NCBI GenBank assembly: GCA_902544065.1
Contig: CACCAS010000002.1
Location: forward strand, 132,669-196,668
Origin: an uncultured Pelagibacteraceae bacterium
GTDB taxonomy: Bacteria > Pseudomonadota > Alphaproteobacteria > Pelagibacterales > AG-422-B15
Length of the DNA stretch: 64,000 nt
Reading direction: 5' to 3'
The notes beneath the pieces were generated by a model. The model saw nothing but the letters and a program-made list of their open reading frames with translations. It was not told where the DNA came from and ran no database searches. Shown piece after piece: positions 60,652 to 64,000 of the stretch (positions are counted from its first letter, which is position 1; every line of letters begins with the position of its first letter). Position numbers and translations under genes: made by a program.

Positions 60652-61746
60652 ATGATTGATCAAAACATTAGAGACATTATTAAAAATCAAGACCCTAATA
60701 CAGGAATGGATCAGCTTTTTTTCACCAACAAAGCATTGTTTGATCTAAGTTATGAGGCTGTTTTCAAGAAACAGTGGGTATTTCTTACTCATCTATCTTG
60801 TTTTAATGAAAACAATACATTCATTTATCAAATTAACGGAGGGTTTGTTGAAATAAAAAAGTCTAAAAATAATAATTTAGCTATCTCATCATCTTTACCT
60901 GATTTCAAATGTCATTTAAAAGTGTATGAAAGCTTAATTTTTGTCAACTTTTCTGATGTACCATATTCATTTGAAGAATTCATAAAACCACTAGAACCAT
61001 ATATTAAAATTCATGGCCTTAATGATGGTAAGATCGCATTTCAAAAAGACTTTATATTTAATGCTTCTCATCTTGCAACCATTCACAACTTCAAAGAATG
61101 CGCGCATTGTTGGGGAGGTGAGTTTACTCACAAAGATTATTTAAGTGTTCATGGGGAGGCGTATTGTAATTCTTATGGAGCTGGAGTTGGCTCAGGAATT
61201 GAATCTCCTGAATTCAATCAACGAATAAAAGATTGGACATTTGAAAGTCAAAATAAAGGTTTGTTTGTTGGCGAGTACAGTGAAGATACCAATAAATATT
61301 TTAGAATTGCAGAGCGCACTCCTTTACCTGAAGGCATTATGTCTGAGACAATGGATGGTAGCTATTCATGCTCTTCACTGATGGGGGACTTTAAAACCAT
61401 AGGACCGGATCATGGTTATACCGCTATTGGTTTTAGCCCATTCAATAGCTTTGTTGCCAATAATGAATTTGTAATTCTTTTTTTATTTACTCCTGTTAGT
61501 CAAAATAAAACAATCGTTACTCAATATTGGGTTACTCACAAAGATGCTGAAGTTGACATTGATAAAATGATTTTTCTTTGGGACCAAACATCAACAGAAG
61601 ATTCTCAATTGTGTGAAATGAATCAAAAGGGCATTGAAAGTAGAGCTTATCAGCCTGGAAAGTATGGTGAACTAGAGACAAGCTTGGTTCAGTATCAAAA
61701 GTTCTATCTAAGTCATTTACAAAATCACGTTAATGGACTGACTTAA
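60652..61746 (+). CDS. Rieske-oxygenase catalytic (SRPBCC) domain protein lacking the [2Fe-2S] motif
   Basis: Aligns by eye along its length with 52482..53720; keeps NFKECAHC...H and ED...CE.NQ.G but has no CxH/CxxH. Confidence 0.75.
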   Translation: MIDQNIRDIIKNQDPNTGMDQLFFTNKALFDLSYEAVFKKQWVFLTHLSCFNENNTFIYQINGGFVEIKKSKNNNLAISSSLPDFKCHLKVYESLIFVNFSDVPYSFEEFIKPLEPYIKIHGLNDGKIAFQKDFIFNASHLATIHNFKECAHCWGGEFTHKDYLSVHGEAYCNSYGAGVGSGIESPEFNQRIKDWTFESQNKGLFVGEYSEDTNKYFRIAERTPLPEGIMSETMDGSYSCSSLMGDFKTIGPDHGYTAIGFSPFNSFVANNEFVILFLFTPVSQNKTIVTQYWVTHKDAEVDIDKMIFLWDQTSTEDSQLCEMNQKGIESRAYQPGKYGELETSLVQYQKFYLSHLQNHVNGLT

Positions 61747-61760
61747 GTCAGGGATATAAA

Positions 61761-63131
61761 ATGGAAGTTGCTACACAAGCTGAATTTGATGAAATATTAA
61801 GTCAGTACAATAATATTCAATATGTCGATGCAATCTTCACAGATTTATGTGGTTATGTAAGAGGAAAACGTTTCCCGGTCCTTGAAGCAAATAAAATATT
61901 CTCAGATGGAGTCCTACTGCCTTTTAGTGCTTTCTATTTGGACGTACTAGGGGGAGTTACAAATACTTTAAATTTAGGTTGGACAGACGGTGATCCTGAC
62001 GGTGTTCTGGTACCTGTTAAAGGCAGTATTAAACCAGTTCCGTGGGATGAACGTTTCTTACAAGTTCTTATCACAATGAGAAAAGAGCAGGAAAATTGGG
62101 GAGTGATACAAGACCCATCAGAGGTTGACCCTAGAAATATTCTTAAAAAAGTTATGAAGAATTTTAAGAACACCGGATTGAAACCTGTTGTTGCTTTTGA
62201 ATTAGAATTTTATCTCTTGGACAAAAATAGGGATAAGTTTGGAAAACCAATACCCGCTGAAGGGGCTAATAAAACACATGTATACGGTATGCCAGATCTT
62301 GATCTCTTCGGTAAGTTATTTGACGACATTAATAAGAATTGCGAAATGCAAAATATACCAGCGACTACGGCTTCAAGTGAATTTGCCGCGGGACAGTATG
62401 AGATTAATCTAAAGCACACAGGAGATCTTCTAAAAGCCGCAGACGATGCAGCTTTATTAAGACGAATTATTAAAGAGACAAGTGAACGACATGGCTATGA
62501 AGCAACATTTATGGCAAAACCTTTTTTAGATCAAACGGGCAATGGAATGCACCTTCATCTCTCTGTTTATGACGAGAATGAAAAAAATATATTTACAACT
62601 CCCAATCGTTATGGAAATAAAAAATTAAAAAGTGCTATAGCTGGTTTTCAGTCAATGTTTTATGATAGTTTCCCAATTTTTATTCCAAATCGCAATGGTT
62701 ACAGAAGAATAGAAACAAGAAATTTTGTTCCTGTTAATACAAGCTGGTCGTGGAATCGAAGAGATGTTTCATTAAGAATACCAGCTGGATCAAATGACGC
62801 AAAAAGAATTGAACATCGTGTGGCTTCATCAGATGCCAATCCTTACTTAGTCCTAGCATGCTTGTTAGCAGGGCTGCATAACGGTTTAACTAATGAACTA
62901 ACTCCATCAAATCAAGTTGACTTTGATAATAATGAAGGAGCGGATAAAGAAGCCGATATTGATATGCCAAAAAATATGGATCAAGCGTTGCGTCGGTTTC
63001 AATCTTCTAAACTGTTAAAAAAATATCTTGGAAAAGAATATCTTGATCTCTACACTGCTGCAAAACAAGGAGAAATTGATCATGTCGAGTCAAGTTTTGT
63101 TCCTCGAGAGGAATATGATCTTTATTTATAA
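61761..63131 (+). CDS. Glutamine-synthetase-family gamma-glutamyl-amine ligase (PuuA-like)
   Basis: RGKR, FELEFYL, E...GQYEINL.H, TFMAKP, GNGMHLH, RIEHRV..DANPYL. Confidence 0.88.
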   Translation: MEVATQAEFDEILSQYNNIQYVDAIFTDLCGYVRGKRFPVLEANKIFSDGVLLPFSAFYLDVLGGVTNTLNLGWTDGDPDGVLVPVKGSIKPVPWDERFLQVLITMRKEQENWGVIQDPSEVDPRNILKKVMKNFKNTGLKPVVAFELEFYLLDKNRDKFGKPIPAEGANKTHVYGMPDLDLFGKLFDDINKNCEMQNIPATTASSEFAAGQYEINLKHTGDLLKAADDAALLRRIIKETSERHGYEATFMAKPFLDQTGNGMHLHLSVYDENEKNIFTTPNRYGNKKLKSAIAGFQSMFYDSFPIFIPNRNGYRRIETRNFVPVNTSWSWNRRDVSLRIPAGSNDAKRIEHRVASSDANPYLVLACLLAGLHNGLTNELTPSNQVDFDNNEGADKEADIDMPKNMDQALRRFQSSKLLKKYLGKEYLDLYTAAKQGEIDHVESSFVPREEYDLYL

Positions 63132-63133
63132 TC

Positions 63134-63847
63134 ATGACTGAATTACTTTTTAACAATGACGCTTACCTCACTCAGTCAGAAGCAGTTGTTACAAATGTTG
63201 ATCAAAACTCTATCCAATTAAATCGAACTATTTTCTATGCTGAGTCAGGTGGTCAGCCAGGCGATAAAGGAGAGATCATCTTAGGTGATCAAATTTATAA
63301 AGTTACTGACACTCAGAAAGGTAATTCTCCAAATGAAATTATTCATTTAGTCGATGGTGATATTGATCAGAGCATTGTTGGTAAAGAATGTGAGATCAAA
63401 ATTGATTGGGAATTGAGACAGAGTCATATGAGAATGCATACCTCATGTCATATTCTGTGTAGTTTGATTGATGCTTTAATTACAGGTGCTTCAGTTAGTG
63501 CACAAAAAAGTAGAGTTGATTTTGATGTTGACCCGAGTTTACTTGACAAAGAGATAATGAACCAACAGATTGAAGAAATTATTAAAACTAATTTTCCTGT
63601 ATTCACAAAACAAATTTCTGGAGATGAATTTAGAGATAATCCTCATTTAGCAAAAGGTGCTGCTGTTAGCCCTCCCATAATTGATAACAAAGTACAAATT
63701 GTTCAAATTGGTGAAGATAAAATTTTAGATATACAGGCGTGTGGAGGCACTCATGTGAAATCAACGGGTGAGATTGAAGGATTAGAGATTGGAAAAATTG
63801 AAAATAAAGGTAAAAGAAACCGAAGAGTGAACATAAGGTTTAAATAA
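63134..63847 (+). CDS. alaX: AlaX alanyl-tRNA editing protein
   Basis: T.FYAESGGQPGD.G, MRMHTSCH (HxxxH), ACGGTHV (CxxxH). Confidence 0.9.
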   Translation: MTELLFNNDAYLTQSEAVVTNVDQNSIQLNRTIFYAESGGQPGDKGEIILGDQIYKVTDTQKGNSPNEIIHLVDGDIDQSIVGKECEIKIDWELRQSHMRMHTSCHILCSLIDALITGASVSAQKSRVDFDVDPSLLDKEIMNQQIEEIIKTNFPVFTKQISGDEFRDNPHLAKGAAVSPPIIDNKVQIVQIGEDKILDIQACGGTHVKSTGEIEGLEIGKIENKGKRNRRVNIRFK

Positions 63848-64000
63848 TGACGAGTATTCTCATTAGAAGTGATAAAAATTCAGTTGCTACATTAAGTTTG
63901 AATGACCTTCCAGCAAATAGTCTAAGTATGCCTATGATGGAAGAAATTCAAAATCAACTAACAACTATTGATCATGATGACTCTATTCGAGTTATAATTA
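63847..64000 (+). CDS. Enoyl-CoA hydratase/isomerase family protein (partial)
   Basis: MTSILIRSDKNSVATLSLNDLPANSLSMPMMEEI...DDSIRVII, a typical crotonase N-terminus; runs off the window end. Confidence 0.7.
   Translation, partial: MTSILIRSDKNSVATLSLNDLPANSLSMPMMEEIQNQLTTIDHDDSIRVII

Noticed and set aside
1754-62419. Short ORF-track entries nested in or antisense to long genes (e.g. 5481-5873, 32718-33092, 43385-43729)
   Set aside because: They lie wholly within well-supported genes, have no recognisable motifs and look like shadow ORFs.
61761-63131. Canonical glutamine synthetase glnA
   Set aside because: Lacks the GSI-type N-terminal FDGSS motif, has the RGK pattern and sits with Puu-like genes.
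1-64000. tRNA, rRNA, CRISPR arrays, IS elements, alternative genetic code
   Set aside because: Intergenic gaps are short with no cloverleaf, repeat-spacer array or transposase seen; genes translate intact with the standard code.

Overview
AT-rich, very densely packed chromosomal segment of a streamlined, probably marine alphaproteobacterium. The assignment rests on chvI/chvG and pckA-ahcY-tsaE synteny and an alphaproteobacterial LexA box; the exact taxon cannot be read from the sequence. I saw no rRNA, tRNA, CRISPR array, transposase or integrase. Order of contents: (1) a partial ferritin-like di-iron protein divergent from an MMPL/RND transporter; (2) a housekeeping block (zf-CHCC, polA, pckA, chvIG, ahcY, tsaE, amgK, murU, DsbA, hspQ, yciB); (3) a sulfate-ester/metal-hydrolase block (TauD-like dioxygenase, alkyl sulfatase, HupE/UreJ, PPIase-like protein, DUF3604, small membrane protein); (4) amtB with a structured 3' element; (5) LexA-boxed umuDC; (6) a Liv-type ABC transporter; (7) a ~22 kb amine-catabolism region. 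That region holds PuuD, GcdH, two class III aminotransferases, a BetI-like repressor with two matching operators, two phytoene-dehydrogenase-like flavoproteins plus a GcvT-like protein, a Rieske oxygenase, a second oxygenase paralog lacking the Rieske cluster motif, a PuuB-like oxidase, a Pot-type ABC transporter, an amidase and a PuuA-like ligase. Best candidates for undescribed biology are this putative N-methylated amine demethylation system, the DUF3604/HupE/PPIase module and the anti-SD-loop hairpin after amtB. All product calls come from motif recognition by eye, not from database searches.
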